Source: Candidatus Treponema excrementipullorum (GTDB taxonomy: Bacteria > Spirochaetota > Spirochaetia > Treponematales > Treponemataceae). From it: a DNA stretch of 41,127 nucleotides. A program made the translations under genes and the position numbers. Location of the stretch: NCBI GenBank assembly GCA_018883625.1, contig JAHLFV010000243.1:1-41127 (forward strand), read 5' to 3'. Positions 39,992 through 41,127 of this stretch are shown here, piece after piece; position 1 is the stretch's first letter, and the number at the start of each line of letters is the position of its first letter. Under the pieces are notes generated by a model. The model saw only the letters and a program-made list of their open reading frames with translations. It searched no databases and was not told the DNA's origin.

Positions 39992-41011
39992 TTAATTTTT
40001 TCTTCCATCTACTTGGAGTGAAAGCGATGTCTGTACTTTTTCCAATAATTGAGGGTTCAGCAAGTCGCTGACGGTTTGGCGGGTCATAAGGGTTTCTTTT
40101 GCACAAGCCAAACCATAGTGAATACACACTTTGATAGGCTTGCCCGTCAACCAGCCTAAAAGGTAACCGGAGGCATAAGCATCCCCGGCGCCGATAGTGT
40201 CCACTATGGAGTCCGGTACGTAAGGCTTTTCTATATAGGTGTTACCCTGATGAAAAACCAATACTCCTCGGTTTCCAAAAGTGATGATAAAATGTTTGTA
40301 CCCCAAAGAAGAAAATGCCTCTGCTATTTCAATACTGGGAATAAGCTCTTGTCCCGATGAGGGAATCAGTTTTTCCGGCTCAATTCCTGCGTGGCGGAGA
40401 ATAGCTGCTGCCTCAAATTCATTGCAACCGAACAAATCAATGTGTTGAATATAAGGCATACTTTTTGTTGCAATATCGGGAGCGGTGGCGTTTTGAAAAA
40501 TAAACAGGGGCTTGTTCCGGCTGTTCATGGTTTCTTTCAGCCGGTAAAAGGCTTCTAACGTTTTTTCAGGAATATTGGAATCAAGACAAATCGTAGTGAT
40601 TTCTTCCTGTCGGATAAAATCCAAAACACTTTCATCCAAGGTAATTTCTTTAAGGGCATCATTACAGTAAATGCAGGAGGGATGGGTGTTGGGAGTTACC
40701 ATAACAGAAAAAAGGGACGTTTTATACCGACTGCTGTTTTTCAACAGTTGAGTATTGACACCTTCCTGTTCCAATCCTCGACGGAGAAAATCACCGAAAA
40801 TATCGTTTCCCACAACAGATTGGATTGCTGTTTTTAAGCCCAACCGATGCAGGTTTATGGCCATTCCTCGGGCAACTCCGCCGGGAACCAAATCTATGGA
40901 ACCGTCCCGATAGGCTTCGTTTTCATCTGTTTCCGTACTGAAGGCTTTTATATCTACAGATACGGAACCTACGCTCAAAACACTGTGAAAAGGCAACATT
41001 GAAGGGGTCAT
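39992..41011 (-). CDS. PfkB/ribokinase-family carbohydrate or nucleoside kinase
   Basis: PGGVARGMA, VGNDIFG, NEFEA, ITFGNRG, VDTIGAGDAYASG. Confidence 0.92.
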   Translation of the reverse strand: MTPSMLPFHSVLSVGSVSVDIKAFSTETDENEAYRDGSIDLVPGGVARGMAINLHRLGLKTAIQSVVGNDIFGDFLRRGLEQEGVNTQLLKNSSRYKTSLFSVMVTPNTHPSCIYCNDALKEITLDESVLDFIRQEEITTICLDSNIPEKTLEAFYRLKETMNSRNKPLFIFQNATAPDIATKSMPYIQHIDLFGCNEFEAAAILRHAGIEPEKLIPSSGQELIPSIEIAEAFSSLGYKHFIITFGNRGVLVFHQGNTYIEKPYVPDSIVDTIGAGDAYASGYLLGWLTGKPIKVCIHYGLACAKETLMTRQTVSDLLNPQLLEKVQTSLSLQVDGRKN

Positions 41012-41017
41012 ACATTA

Positions 41018-41046
41018 ACTATACATGATACCCGGGAATTTTGCAA
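41018..41046 (-). promoter_or_regulatory. Promoter, probably leaderless, for the PfkB gene
   Basis: TTGCAA-17bp-TATAGT, then 6 nt, then ATG; no SD. Confidence 0.65.
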
Positions 41047-41127
41047 ACTAAAGATACAACAAATCGAATTTATACATCTTGATATAAAAGTAGAAATATG
41101 ATATAGTAAGCAAATCGGGCCTATAGC

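Overview
Gene-dense bacterial chromosomal window, most likely from an anaerobic host-associated spirochaete (Treponema-like). This is an inference from the TpLRR/BspA lipoprotein, OmpA-domain protein, XPB helicase pair, MCP and def-fmt-PASTA arrangement. Contents in order: aroD-aroE fusion (truncated by the window edge), NhaC-family transporter, def-fmt-PASTA operon, fabZ, an uncharacterised large lipoprotein plus outer-membrane beta-barrel pair, Ig-repeat and LRR surface proteins, mnmG, adenosine deaminase, pepF, recQ, OmpA protein, membrane-anchored PD-(D/E)xK nuclease, glpK with a three-gene flavin/Fe-S G3P dehydrogenase cluster, an MGDG-synthase gene split at an A9 run, potABCD, an MCP with a C11 tract at its 3' end, a CpcT/CpeT-like protein, an XPB + XPB-partner + HAD phosphatase operon, and a PfkB kinase. 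No rRNA, tRNA, CRISPR array or mobile element was seen. Most notable: (i) the XPB/p52-like/phosphatase operon with a paired upstream motif; (ii) two homopolymer tracts that switch reading frames, one of which toggles a DWEEIS tail resembling a CheR/CheB docking peptide; (iii) about eight genes with a -10 box 6-8 nt before the ATG, implying leaderless mRNAs; (iv) the orphan lipoprotein/barrel pair; (v) a bilin-lyase-like protein in an apparent non-phototroph. All family assignments come from reading motifs by eye; no database searches were run.
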